Shown here one piece after another: positions 13,813 through 26,022 of a stretch of DNA of 64,000 nt. The notes beneath the pieces were generated by a model. The model was not told where the DNA came from, ran no database searches, and saw only the letters and a list, made by a program, of their open reading frames with translations. Position 1 is the first letter of the stretch. Each line of letters begins with the position of its first letter. Both the position numbers and the translations under genes were made by a program. This stretch comes from Hemiscyllium ocellatum. Lineage: Eukaryota. The DNA lies in contig NC_083407.1 in the NCBI RefSeq assembly GCF_020745735.1, positions 82,823,857 through 82,887,856 of the forward strand, written 5' to 3'.

Positions 13813-13914
13813 CCTTGTAGATTGTTTCTATTCACCTAATCATCCAATGCCTTATTGAATGCCTTAACTATCTCTATGGCCACTTATCAAATTTTGCATT
13901 CATTTCTGGTCTCC

Positions 13915-14410
13915 CTGCAATAGGAGAGATGTTGTGAAACTTGAAAGAGTTCAAAAAACATTTACATGGATGTTGCCAGGGTTGGAGGTTTTCAGCTTTA
14001 AGGAGAAGCTGAACAGGCTGGGGCTTGTTTTCTCTGAAGCATTGAAGGCTGAGGGGTGACCTTATAGAGGTTTATAAAATTATGAAGGGCAAGGATAGGG
14101 TGAATAGCCAAGATCTTTTCCCCAGAGTAGGGGAGTCCAAAACTAGAGGACGTAGGTTTAAGGTGAGAGGGCAACTTTTTCATGCAGAGAGTGGTGCGTG
14201 TATGGAATGAATTGCTAGAGGAAGTGGTGGAAGCTGGTACAATTACAATATTTAAAGGCATCCAAATGGGTATATGAATAGGAAGGGTTTAGAGGGATAT
14301 GGGCTAAATTACGGCAAATGAACCTTGATTAATTTAGGATATTTAATCAGCCTGGACGAGTTAGACCAAAGGGTCTGTTCCTGTGCTATACATCACTATG
14401 GCTCGATGAC
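13915..14410 (+). mobile_element. CR1/HER1-type LINE 3' fragment
   Basis: Homologous to the reverse complement of 5844-6380. Confidence 0.9.
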
Positions 14411-14414
14411 TAAG

Positions 14415-14636
14415 TAAAGTTGAGAGATTAAGTCATAATTCAAAAAGAGTGTGCGAACATTTGGTACTAATAGTTCACTGATACTGGGAATTTTGGCAAT
14501 GATGTGCATCTCTGCCTTTGGCATGATGGGATATCGGATGAGGGCATGGTGCATAGCTAATAAGCCAAGTTCTGGAAAATCTCGCTCGGGCTCACAGAGA
14601 AAAACCCTCCATGATACCAAGTTGATTAAAGGAGAA
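14415..14636 (-). other. Possible coding exon, unidentified
   Basis: Acceptor ttattcacattttatcag|T, then an open frame SPLINLVSWRVFLCEPERDFPELGLLAMHHALIRYPIMPK... with retained CpGs; no clear donor. Confidence 0.25.
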
Positions 14637-15508
14637 CTGATAAAATGTGAATAACAGAAACCTAATCATGACGTTAACTCTGGAATATAAACACTTTGAT
14701 AAGACAGCTAGAATAGAGTGTGAGGGAGAAATGGTGTGTCATCCAGTGAAATTAGTGGTTTAAATAAAGTGAAATCAATTATTTAAATTCCTTGACCATG
14801 GAGACACCAATTACAAGGGAGAGGTAGTTATTGATTGTGATAATAGACCTCTTGAACAGGAGGTGAGGACATACAGAATATACAGAGAGGCCTTAAACTG
14901 GAATTTCAATTATCTACATATTCACCAAGAAAAAACAGCGATTCAGAAATGATTCTGAAGTTTATTTTTACACATGAAGAATCAACCTGAACAAGTTGTT
15001 TTTAATGCAATATTTCAGAAATGATAAAGAAGTTGGAGGTTTAAAGGTGTATGTAGGAGCCAGTGAGTATAACGTCATTAGAACTGGAATGTTCATGAGT
15101 ATGCAAATAGGACCGTGGCGGAAAAATACTGACCTTTAAAATGCAGGCTTAGAGGAAAGACAAATTGAGTTTTAAAAAGGTTAATTGGAACAAGCTAATG
15201 GCCAGGAGATTTATGGTACAAAAGGAGGAAATAGTTACAGAAATGTTGTTGAGCTTGCAATTGAAGTTCATTGCAATCAAACCTAAACACAATTAAAGAG
15301 AAGCAAACCCCACTGCGATTAGGCAGGAATGAAAAATTAACCTTGAGAATGAGGCAGTGACTTTCAGAATATACTCAAGTGCTCAATTGACAGGAAGGAT
15401 CATTAATAAATACAAACTACAGCAGGGAGAGATAGAGGGTCTGAAGTAAGATGACCGAAATAACAGAACAGTATCTCATTGAACAGATGTCTCCAATAAT
15501 ATTAGGAA

Positions 15509-15912
15509 GGAGCCGGTGTTGGACTGGGGTGGACAAAGTTAAAAATCACACAACACCAGGTTATAGTCCAACAGGTTTATTTGGAAGCACTAGCTTTGGA
15601 GCACCGCTTCTTCATCAGGTAGCTGTGGGGCAGGACCATAAAGCTCTGAATTTATCACAAAAGATTACAGTGCCATGCGACTGAAATGGTATATTGAACA
15701 TACCTAGGTTGCCATTAATAGACAGGAATTAACAGCAATCTAGGTTTGTTCAATATATCATTTCAATCACATGACACTAATCTTTTGCTATAAATTCAGA
15801 GCTTTATTGTCCTGCCCCACAGCTACCTGATGAAGGAGCGGTCCTCCAAAAGCTAGTGCTTCCAAATAAACCTGTTGGACTATAACCTGGTATTGTGTGA
15901 TTTTTAACTGTC
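15509..15912. mobile_element. PLE family B fold-back insertion (inverted terminal repeats, two hammerhead motifs)
   Basis: Arms about 15538-15719 and 15728-15909 are reverse complements; the left arm alone carries a ~30-nt tail; CUGAUGA at 15827-15833 (+) and 15612-15618 (-). Confidence 0.88.
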
Positions 15913-17294
15913 CACTGATATTGTGATAGTTGCTATGGATATTAGCATCTATATTAACCTTCCCCTTCCTTGCTGCCCTACTTAGAGGAAAGCACGGTTT
16001 CATGCCCAAGGAGTTCAATTGTACTGGAAACACAGATTTCCCTTGGTACCTTACCAGACATATTAAAATGTTGTTTCTGGTTCCAGTTTGTATGCCAACT
16101 TGGCCTGGCAAAGAGATTGTGTTTATTTGTAACACAGTAACAATAAAGATGGACGCACTGATGTGGTTTTATTATCTGCCTGGTAAGTTAGGCATGGCAC
16201 TTCAGAATCACAGAATATTAGACAAGGCGGCCAAATGCTACACACCTGACCCTTAAAGGAAAGCCATAGAACTTCCATTCACTCTCAGCTCTGACCACCC
16301 TCAGAGGGAAACCTGATGTGTACATCCTAAAGCTTTTAACTAATGGAGACTGTGTTAGTGAAAGTGGTTAAATTCCTTCTACTGACAGATGTTGTGCCAT
16401 CCATACTGCAGGCAGGATAGGCACAACTATAGTCAAAAAGGTGGGCGTGGAGGGGTTTTAAAAGAAAATTCTGGGACATTTCCATCCCTTGACATGGAGG
16501 CTGCTCTTTGTGACACTACAGCAGCCCTCTCTTTGCATGGTTACTGATTACAGTTCCAACTAGTAGGCCACTGATTTGTCAGTGTCATTTTTACCTCAAA
16601 TATTCAATTTGTCAAACAGCTTCAATGCATAAAAACATCTCACTAAACTAGCACATGGAACTTCTGAAAATCAATCTACTGTCCTTGCAGTGGTTATTGT
16701 CACAAATGCTAACTCCAAATATCCTGGTAATAAAATATCGTATTTAGATTATAGAAACAGACATAATATTTATAAAAGGCTTTCTTGTCAACGTACACAA
16801 GCACATCATAAAAGTGAAATACAGAAAGTAGTTCTGCATCTTTTCAGAGACATTTGTATTCCAGATCAATATAATGCAGTCTCTTTCAAAGGTACGGGTT
16901 TTCAAAATAAACCAAATGTTATTATGTTTGTTGAATGCAATCAGAATCATAGAATTACAGAATTGTGACTGTGTAAAATGAGGCCATTGGCCCTATTGTG
17001 AATGCACTGACTTTCTGAATAGCATCATAAATGAGTGCCATTCTCCTGCCTTTTCAATGTAACTGTACATTGTTTCTATTTAAATATACATCTAATTCCC
17101 TCTCAAATGCCTCAATTGAGCCTGCCTCCAGAACATTTCCAAGCAGTGCATTTCAGATCCAACCCACTCATTGTGGAAAACATTGTTCTCACGTTTGCTT
17201 CTTTTGCAAATCACTTTAAAACCATGCCATCTTGTTCTTGATTCTCTGAACTACTCTGTCTAGGCCCCTCATGAGTTTGAAACCTTCTACTAAA

Positions 17295-17637
17295 TCATAG
17301 AATCCCCACAGTAGGGAAACAAGCCATTCAGCCCAACAAGTCCTCACCTACCCTGCAAAGAACATCCCACCCGGACTAATTCCCTTACCTTATCCGTGCA
17401 ACCTTACATTTCCCGTAACTACTGCACCTTACCTATACATTCCCAGACACTGTGGGCTAATTTAGCATGGCCAATCCAACTAAACTGCTCATCTTTGGCC
17501 CTGTGGGAGGAAACCAAAGCACTCAACAGAAACCCAGACAGACACTGGGACAACACACATTCACCCAAAGTTGGGTTCAGACCCAGGTCCCTGACGTGGT
17601 GAGGCAGCAGTGCTAACCATTGAGCCACCGTGCTGCT
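17295..17637 (-). mobile_element. HE1-type V-SINE (older)
   Basis: Reverse-complement head, V-domain and tail. Confidence 0.85.
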
Positions 17638-17812
17638 CATATTTCCTCTTAACCTTCTATACACCAAGGTAAACAGTCCCAACTTCTCCAATTTCTTTTT
17701 ATAAATGAAATTTCTCAACCCTGAAACAATTTCTGTTAATCCCTTTTGGACTATCACCAATGCCTTCAATGTTTTCTAATGTATGGTGTCCATAACATGG
17801 GGTGCCTCCATT

Positions 17813-18133
17813 GGATGGCACGGTGGCTCAATGGTTAGCACTGCTGCCTCACAGCACCAGGGGCCTGAGTTTGATTCCAGCCTCAGGCGACTGTCTGTGT
17901 GGGTTCCCTCCAGGTACTCCAGTTTCCTCCCACGGTCACATAGATGTGCAGGTTAGGTGAATTGGCCATGTTAAATTGCTCAGTGTTCAGGGATGTGTAG
18001 GTTAGGTGCATTAGTCAAGGTAAATGGAGAGTAATTGGGTGGGGCAATGGGGCTGGGTGGGTTACTTTTCAGAGGATCGGCGTGGACTTGTTGAGCCGAC
18101 TAGCCTTTTTCCACTCTGTAGGAAGTCTATGAT
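17813..18133 (+). mobile_element. HE1-type V-SINE (older)
   Basis: ggatggcacggtggctcaatggttagc head, V-domain, tail. Confidence 0.85.
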
Positions 18134-18257
18134 AACTGGACATATTAATTCAGCTGAGATTAAACTAGGTTTTATACAAGTTCAACATAAATGTCTTTAT
18201 TTTATGAACCTCAAAAACCACCCTTGCCACCCTTAATGACATGGACATGTGTACATC

Positions 18258-18543
18258 ATCACAGAAACCCTACAGTGTGGAAACAGGCCATTCGGCTCAA
18301 CAAGTCCACACCAACCCTCCGGAGAGCATCCCACCCACACTTCCCCAACTGCTCTATCCCTGCATTTCCCATAACCAATCCACTTAACTTGCATATCGTT
18401 GGGCTGTGGGAGGAAAATGGAGCAAACCCACACAGACACACGGAAAATGCAGGAAGCCCACACGGACAATCATCTGAGGCTGGAATCAAACCTGGGTGCC
18501 TAACGCTGTGAGGCAGCAGTGCTTACCACTGAGCCACTGTGCC
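18258..18543 (-). mobile_element. HE1-type V-SINE (older)
   Basis: Reverse-complement head, V-domain and tail. Confidence 0.8.
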
Positions 18544-18829
18544 AAACCACTTACACTGAGATCTCTCCTTCCTTGCACACTCTTTAGAGTAGTAAACTTT
18601 ATTTTATATTGTTGCTCTATGTTCTTTCTATCAAAATGTATCATCACCCCACACTTCTCCTCACTGAACTTTATCTTCCACCTACCTGCCCACCCCAACA
18701 TCTTGTCAACATCCTTTTGAAGTTCTCCTCACAGTTTACAATTGTCCCAAGTTTTGTTATGAATTGATGTTGATCAGTAAGTTATGTCTCATCCTTAATC
18801 TGCTTCAACATTTTGCTAGAAGACAGAAA

Positions 18830-20128
18830 CCTCAAAATAAATGGGATGAGATACTAAACAAGTATTTTGCATCAGTGTTTACTGTGGAGAAGAATATGGA
18901 AGATAAAGAATGTGAGGAAATAAATAGCAACATCTTGAAAAATGTCCATATTACAGATGAGGAAGTGCTGCATGTTTTAAAATGTGGATAAATACCTTGG
19001 ACCTAATCAGGTGTACCCCAGAACTTTTTGGGAAGCTAGGGAAGTGGTTTCTGGGCTGCTTGCTGAGATATTTGGAATATTGATAGTGAGGTGCCAGAAG
19101 AATGAAGGTTGACTAACATGGTACCACTATTTAAGAAAGGTGATTAGGAAAAGCCAGGAAACAATAGACCAGTGAGCCTGTCATCAGTGGTGGGCAAGTT
19201 GTTGGAAGAAATCCTGAGGAATAGGATTTACATGTATTTAGAAAAGCAAGGACTGATTAGGGAAGTCATGTCTCACTAACTTGATTGTGATTTTTGAAGA
19301 AGTAACAAAGAGGATTGATGAGGGCAGAGCGATGGTCGTGATCTATATTGACTTCGTTAAGACATTTGACAAGGATCCTCATGGTAGACTGGTTAGCACG
19401 GTTAGGTCTCATGAATACAGGGAGAACTCGCCATTTGAATACAAACTGGTTCGAAGGTAGAAGACAGAGGGTGGTGGTGGAGGTTGGTTTTCAGACTGGA
19501 GGCTTGTGACCACTGGTGTGGCACAAAGATTGGTGCTGGGTTCACTGCTTTTTGTCATTTATTTCAATGATTTGGATGTGATCACAGGAGGTATGGTTAG
19601 TAAGTTTGCAGATGATAATAAAATTGGGGGTATAGTGGACAGCGAAGAAGGTTATCTCAGAGTACAACAGGATCTTAGAGTCATAGTCATAGAGATGTAC
19701 AGCATGGAAACAGACCCTTCAGTCCAACCTGTCCATGCCAACCAGATAGCCCAATCCAATCTAGTCCCACCTGCCAGCACCCGGCCCATATCCCTCCAAA
19801 CCCTTCCTAGTCATATACCCATCCAAATGCCTCTTAAATGTTGCAATTGTACCAGCCTCCACCACATCCTCTGGCAGCTCATTCCATACACGTACCACCC
19901 TCTGCGTGAATAAGTTGCCCCTTAGGTCTCTTGATCAAATGGGCCAATGGGCCGAGGAGTAGCAGATGGAGTTTAATTTAGATAAATGTAAGGTGCTGCA
20001 TTTTGGAAAGGCAAATCAGGGCAGGATCTATAAACTCAGTGGCAATGCTGAACAAAGAGAACTTGGACTGCAGATTCATAGTTACTTGAAAGTGGATTCG
20101 CAGGTAGATAGGATAGTGAAGAAGGCAC
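18830..20128 (+). mobile_element. CR1/HER1-type LINE ORF2 fragment, with nested antisense CR1 tail at about 19677-19931
   Basis: ILNKYFASVFT, SKFADDNKIGG and MEFNLDKCKVLHFG peptides. The reading QQDL|DQMGQWA is split by a minus-strand 3' UTR copy with apparent TSD TCTT. Confidence 0.9.
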
Positions 20129-21927
20129 TTATAGAACCTAGAACATAAAACATTACACTGCAGTACAGACCCTTTGGCCCTTGATATTGCACTGACCTGT
20201 GGAACCAATCTGAAGCCTATCTATCCTACACTATTCCACTCTCATCCATATACCTACCCAATGAACATTTAAATGCCCTTAAAGTTGGCAAGTCTACTAC
20301 TGTTGCAGGCAGCGTTTTCCACGCCTTTACTATTCACCGAGTAAACAAACTACCTCTGACACCTGTGCGATATCTATCACCCCTCAATTTAAAGCTATGT
20401 CTCCTCACGCTAGCCATCGCCATCCAAGGAAAACGTCTCTCACTGTCCAACCTACCTAACCCTCTGATTATCTTATATGTCTCAATTAAGTCACCTCTCA
20501 ACCTTCTTTTTTCTAATGAAAACAGTCTCAAGTCCCTCAGACTTCCCTTGTAAGACCTTCTCTCCATACCAGGCAACATCCTCATAAATCTCTTCTGAAC
20601 CCTTTCCAAAGTTTCCACATCCTTCCTAGAATGCAGTGACCAGAACTATACGTAATGCTCCAAATGTGGACACACCAGAGTTTTGTAAAGCTGCAGCATA
20701 ACCTCATGGTTCCAAAACTCAATCCCTCTACCAATAAAAGCTAACACACCATATGCCTTCTTAACAGCCCTATCAACTTTGAAGGATCTAGGTATCTGGA
20801 CACCGAGATCTCTCTCTCTAGGGCCAGTCAACGATTGTAGTGGGAAGTTGTGCGTGGAGTGAGAGCAGATAGGGGAAATGCTAAATGAATATTTTTCATC
20901 AGTATTCACACTGGAAAAAGACAATGTGGTTGAGGACAATACTGAGATACAAGCTCCTAGACAAGATGGAATTGAGGTACAATTCTGGAAAGTGTAAAAT
21001 TAGATAGGTTCCCTGGGGTGGATGGGATTTATCCTAGGATTCGCTGGGAAGCCAGAGACGAGTTTATCGAGCCTTTGGCTTTGATCTTTATGTCAACATT
21101 GTTTACAGGAATTGTGCCAGAAGACTGGAGGATAGCAAATATTGTTCCCTTGTTAAAGAAGGGAAGTAGAGACAATCCTGGAAATTATAGACCTGTGAGT
21201 CTTACTTCAGTTGTGGTTAAAGCTTTGGAAAGGGTTTCATCTAGAAAGGAGTAAATTGATTCAGGATAGTCAACACGGTTTTGTGAAGGGTAGGTCATGC
21301 CACACCAACCTTATTGAGTTCTTTGAGAAAGTGACCAAACAGGTAGATGAGGGTAAAGTGGTTGCTGTGGTGTATATGGATTTCAGTAAGGCAGTTGATG
21401 AGGTTCCTCACAGTAAGCTATTGCACAAGGCATTACAGAGGCATGGGATTGAGGATGATTTAGCAGTTTGGATCAGAAATTGGCTAGTTGGCAGAGGGCG
21501 GTGATTGATGGGATATATTCATCCTGGTTGTCAGTTAATAGTGGGGAACCACAGGATCTGTTTTGAGTCCACTGTTGTTTGTCATTTTTATAAATGACCT
21601 GGATGAGGGCATAGAAGGATAAGTCAGCAAATTTGTGGATGACACTAAGTTCGGTGGAGTTGTGGATAATGACAAAGGATGATGTAGGTTACAAAGAGAC
21701 ATAGATAAGCTGCAGAGCTAGGCTAAGAGGTGGCAAATGGAGTTTAATGTGGAAAAGTGTGCGGTGATTCACTTTGGAAGGAGTAAAAAGAATACAGAGT
21801 ATTCTCTGCAGTAGCTGTTCCTTGAATAAGCTCCATGTTTCAATTGTGCACATTCCCTGCAGTTTCCCTCCCATCCTATGCATCCTAAATCTTAACTAAT
21901 CACATCATAATTGACTTTCCCCCAGCT

Positions 21928-22339
21928 CACCACCACCACCCCCCCCCCCACACCCAGCACCGTCTCTGTCAGACAGCCATGGCCTCCACATCGGAACTCG
22001 CCTGTATCTACAGCGTGCTCATCCTGCACAACGACGAGGTCACCGTCACCGAAGACAAACTCAATGCTCTGATCAAAACAGCTGGAGTTACTGTTGAGCC
22101 TCTCTGGCCTAGTCTGTTTGCCAAGGCTTTGGCTAATATTGATATTAACAGCCTGATCTGCAGTGTTGGTGCCGGTGGCAGTGCCCCAGCTGCAGCAGCT
22201 ACCTCTACTGCTGCCCCTGTTGCTGCTGAAGAGAAAAAGGAAGAGAAGAAACAGGAAGAGTCAGAAGAGTCTGATGATGACATGGGCTTTGGTCTTTTTG
22301 ATTAAATGTAACATGCAACATTGTGAGAATTAAATAATT
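21928..22339 (+). pseudogene. RPLP1: Processed retrocopy of RPLP1 mRNA (partial 5' UTR, ORF, short 3' UTR with ATTAAA)
   Basis: Intronless; inserted inside a CR1 whose sequence resumes at 22666; AGCT duplicated at 21924-21927 and 22666-22669; ATTAAA at 22329-22334. Confidence 0.88.
21979..22305 (+). CDS. RPLP1: 60S acidic ribosomal protein P1-like ORF (108 aa, intact retrocopy; expression unknown)
   Basis: [26 protein letters not shown]-terminus, Ala-rich hinge and conserved P-protein C-terminus [13 protein letters not shown]; Kozak-like GCCATGG. Confidence 0.9.
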   Translation: MASTSELACIYSVLILHNDEVTVTEDKLNALIKTAGVTVEPLWPSLFAKALANIDINSLICSVGAGGSAPAAAATSTAAPVAAEEKKEEKKQEESEESDDDMGFGLFD

Positions 22340-22661
22340 GTGGGCGGCACGGTGGCACAGTGGTTAGCACTGCTGCCTCACAGCGCCTGAGACCCGGGTT
22401 CAATTCCCGACTCAGGCGACTGACTGTGTGGAGTTTGCACGTTCTCCCCGTGTCTGCGTGGGTTTCCTCCGGGTGCTCCGGTTTCCTCCCACAGTCCAAA
22501 GATGTGCGGGTCAGGTGAATTGTCCATGCTAAATTGCCCGTAGGTTAGGTAAGGGGTAAAATGTAGGGGTATGGGTGGGTTGCGCTTCGGCAGGTCGGTG
22601 TGGACTTGTTGGGCCGAAGGGCCTGTTTCCACACTGTAAGTAATCTAATCTAATCTAATCT
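22340..22661 (+). mobile_element. HE1-type V-SINE (young, CpG-rich), abutting the RPLP1 3' UTR
   Basis: Complete head, V-domain and (TAATC)4 tail. Confidence 0.93.
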
Positions 22662-23969
22662 AAAAAGCTATAACTCTTGCCCTGTGGCATATACCTATCT
22701 CTTTCTATCACTAAAGTAAACATAACTGAATTGTGGTCATAATCACCAAAGTGTTCACCTACCTCCAAATCTAACACCTGGCTGGGCTTCATCCCCAGTA
22801 CCAAATCCAATGTGGCCTCACCTCTTGTTGGCCTGTCAGGAAACCCTCTTGCACAGACTGGACAAAAACTGACCCATCTAAAGTACTTAAACTATAGTAG
22901 TCCCAGTCAATATTTGAAAAGTTTTTGCTATCCTTTCCTCTACATTTCTGGAACTATTTGGAGACCTATAGAAAACTCCCAACAGGGTTGACGTCTCCTT
23001 TCCTATTTCTAATCTCAGCCCATACTACCTCAGTGCACGAGTCATCAAACGTCTTTTCTGTAACTGTGATACTGTCCTTGACTAACAATGCCGCACAACC
23101 CCCTCGTTTACCATTTTCTCTGTTCTTACTGAAACATCTAAATCCCAGAATCTGCAATAACCATTCCTGTCCCTGCTCTATCCATGTCTCTGAAAAGGTC
23201 ACAACATCTCAGGTACCAAACCATGCTGCACCTTATTCCGAATCCTCCTGGTGTTGAAGTGGACACACTTCAAACCAACTTCTTGCTTGTCAGTACCTTC
23301 TTGTGACCTTGAAACCTTAGTTCTGACCTCACAATTCTCAACCTTCTGTATAGTCGAACTACAAGTTAGGTTCCCATCACCCTGCTGAATTAGTTTTAAC
23401 CCACCAAAAGAGCATTAGCAAATTTCCCCCCCCGCCCAAGGATATTGGTACCCCTCTGGTTCAGGTGAAGACCATCCTGTTTGGAGAGGTCCCACCTACC
23501 CCAGAAAAAGCCTCAATTATCCAGGAATCCAAAACTCTCCCTCCTATACTATCCTTGTAGTCACGTGTTCAACTTCTCTCTCTCCCTATTCCTCACTTTG
23601 CTAGCACATAGCACAGGCAACAAACCAGAGACAACAACTCTGTTTGTCCTAAACTTCCACCCTAGCTCCCTGAATTTCTGCCTTAAATCCCCATCTCTCT
23701 TCCTACCTATGTAGACCATGACTTGGGGTTGCTCCCCCTCCCCCTCTGAGACATGATCTGACATATCACGAACCCTGGCACCTGGGAGGCAACACACCTA
23801 CCGTGAGTCTCTCCCATTCCCACAGAACTTTCTATTTGTCCCTCTAACTATGGAGTCCCCAGTGAACAATGCTCTGCTCCACTTCCCCCTTCCCTTCTGA
23901 GCAACAGGGACAGACTCTGTGACAGAGACCTGTTCCTCATTGCTTACTCCTGGTAGGTCATTCCCCCCC

Positions 23970-24255
23970 CAACATTTCCCCACACCCCCACCTCATCTCA
24001 GTCCCAACCCCCGAATTCAGCACCGCCCTCTTGACTTGCAATCTTCTTCCCGACCTCTCTGCCCCCACCCCCTCTTCGGCTTATCACCCTCACCCTCACC
24101 TCCTTCCACCTATCATATTCCCAGCACCCCTCCCCCAAATTCCCTCCCCCCTACCCTTTATCTCAGCCATTGGTGCACCAGCCTCATTCCTGAAGAAGGG
24201 CTTATGCCCGAAACATCGATTCTCCTGCTCCTCGGATGCTGCCTGGCCTGCACCA
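23970..24255 (+). mobile_element. PLE family A terminal fragment nested in CR1 ORF1, with hammerhead motif
   Basis: Pyrimidine-rich tract, then CUGAAGA (24190-24196), extra A, GGGC-UUAU-GCCC, GAAA-CAUC. Confidence 0.85.
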
Positions 24256-24546
24256 CATTTTTCAACCTTCTTCTTTTACCTGAGGTGTGATGACTTCCCT
24301 GTAGCTCTTCTCAATAACACCCTCCGACTCCCAAATGATCCGAAATTCATCCAGTTCTAGCTCCAGTTCCCTGATCCAATTTATTTTCAAGGAGCTGGAG
24401 ATGGATGCACTTCCCACAGGTGTAGTCAGCAGGGACCCTACTGGTGACCCTTACCTTCTACATATAAGTTTTTAAAGGGGCTTAATTGGGTAAACACCAA
24501 GTTTGAATGTTCATTCCCACATTTGGAGTGCAGAGCTGATACAAGG

Positions 24547-25172
24547 CCCCAAAGGATCCTTCCACATCCAGCAGAGATTTCCCTGCACATCCATACACAC
24601 ATAATCTACTGTGTCCAATGTTTTCGATGTGAGAGACAGGATGCCAACTTGTAGAACATTTCAGGGAATATCTCCAGGACACATGCACCAAACAACCCCA
24701 TTACCCTCTGGCCAACCACTTCAACTACCCCTCCCACTCCATCAATGACAAGCAAGTCCTGGGTCTCCTCCACGAAATCCAAACCTGGAGGAAGCACGCC
24801 TTATATTCCACCTAAGGGCCCCCCAACCACATGGCATCAACGTTGATTTCACCGGTTTCCTGACCTCTCCTCCCCCCACCGTATTCCAGATCCCCACCCT
24901 CTTGAATTTCTCCCATCTGTCCATCTTGCTTCTCACTATCCACTCCACCCTCCACTCTAACCTCTTACCATCAACCCCAACCTACATCCATCTGTCAACT
25001 TCCTAGTTACCTTTTACCTCCAGCCCTTCCCTCCTGCTATTTATCTCTCAGCCCCCTTGGGCAGCTCCCAACCCCGCATTCCTGATGAAGGGCTTATGCC
25101 CGAAACATCAACTCTCCTGCTCCTTGGATGCTGCCTGACCTGCTGTGCTTTTCCAGCACCTCAATTTTCGAG
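24547..25172 (+). mobile_element. PLE family A 3' fragment (GIY-YIG remnant plus terminal repeat with hammerhead motif)
   Basis: Homologous to 2279-2905; CUGAUGA at 25082-25088, GGGC-UUAU-GCCC, GAAA-CAUC. Confidence 0.85.
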
Positions 25173-25667
25173 CTGATACACTTTCTGACTGTGGAAACCT
25201 GGCCTGGGAAAAAGAGGCCTACAGCCTCAGAGTTTTTGCTCCAGAGTACCAGGTTTCCCTGAGAGTTGGGGTTTGGCCACACCAGAATGTTAGTGGAGGA
25301 CTATCGCTTGGAAGGCCTCACCTGGTACAGTGGCACTCACAAACAACTGAAACAAAAGCAGTCCTTGAATCTGTACTGCTCAAAGCCCCTCTGCCACACA
25401 TCCTTCCCATGCCCGATTCATTCCAACCCATGCCAGCCTCATACCCACACCTAACCCAGGGCCCTTCATACTCTCCATGCCAGCCTCAGGACACCTACCT
25501 ATTTCTTATAGCTGCTCATACCCTATACCAGCCAATGCTATTCACTCATTGCCAAGGCCCCTGTACCAACTTAGTTCCAATTCATGTCAATTCATGACCC
25601 ACCTGCAAATCTTCACCAATCTCGCCCAAACTCAACTAACCTCATATCCACAATGGTCAAACCTCAG

Positions 25668-25808
25668 GGATTAGGAATGGTTTGGAGGGATATGGGCCGG
25701 GTGCTGGCAGGTGGGACTAGATTGGGTTGGGACATCTGGTCGGTACGGACGGGTTGGACCGAAGGGTCTGTTTCCATGCTGTACATCTCTATGACTTTAT
25801 GACTCTAA
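25668..25808 (+). mobile_element. CR1/HER1-type 3' UTR fragment
   Basis: Ends ctctatgactttatgactcta. Confidence 0.9.
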
Positions 25809-25814
25809 GTCATA

Positions 25815-26022
25815 CAGTCAGTTCTGCTGTAACCTGGTAGTTCTGTTCTCATGCAATTTTGTTTTATAAGAAAAAAGTGTAAAGGCAGCACCATTTAAAC
25901 TAATGAGGCCAGAATCGCGTTCTAACCAAGTTATGCTTTAAAACTTTGCACTTTAGAAACAGTGTCCCCAGTTGCGTTATAGCGAATTCACATTAAGAAA
26001 CATGTATTAGAGCAGAACAATG
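25815..26022. mobile_element. Tc1/mariner (pogo/Tigger-like) MITE remnant
   Basis: TA|CAGTCAGTTCTGCTGTAAC at the left end and a degenerate complement TTAGAGCAGAACAATG at the right. Confidence 0.45.

Larger units (their letters stand above)
16945..18760 (-). mobile_element. Old CR1 LINE 3' portion, split by three HE1 SINEs
   Basis: Peptides WAGRWKIKFSEEKCGVMIHFD and LEKLGLFTLVYRRLRG are collinear across the SINE insertions. Confidence 0.75.
20130..24463 (-). mobile_element. Near-full-length CR1 LINE (ORF1 zinc finger/leucine zipper and SGNH esterase; ORF2 APE-RT; 3' UTR) with internal inversion and nested inserts
   Basis: Minus strand: ADYTCGKC...ELELELDE (24300-24460), GDSIVRG and CCLPGARVRD (esterase), SETWIEQGQEWLL (endonuclease), LERVQKRFMRMLPG and tail at 20130. 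RT core 20818-21803 is on the plus strand. Confidence 0.9.

Noticed and set aside
13502-13858. Recurring ORFs such as CGRKPEHPEETHADTGR and MCCWKSAAGQAASKEQE
   Set aside because: Spurious translations of SINE and PLE repeats.
21979-22305. Authentic RPLP1 locus
   Set aside because: Vertebrate RPLP1 has introns; this copy is intronless, sits inside a LINE and lacks an evident promoter.
22340-22420. tRNA genes at SINE heads
   Set aside because: A/B boxes are present but continue into the V-domain and LINE-like tail; these are SINEs.
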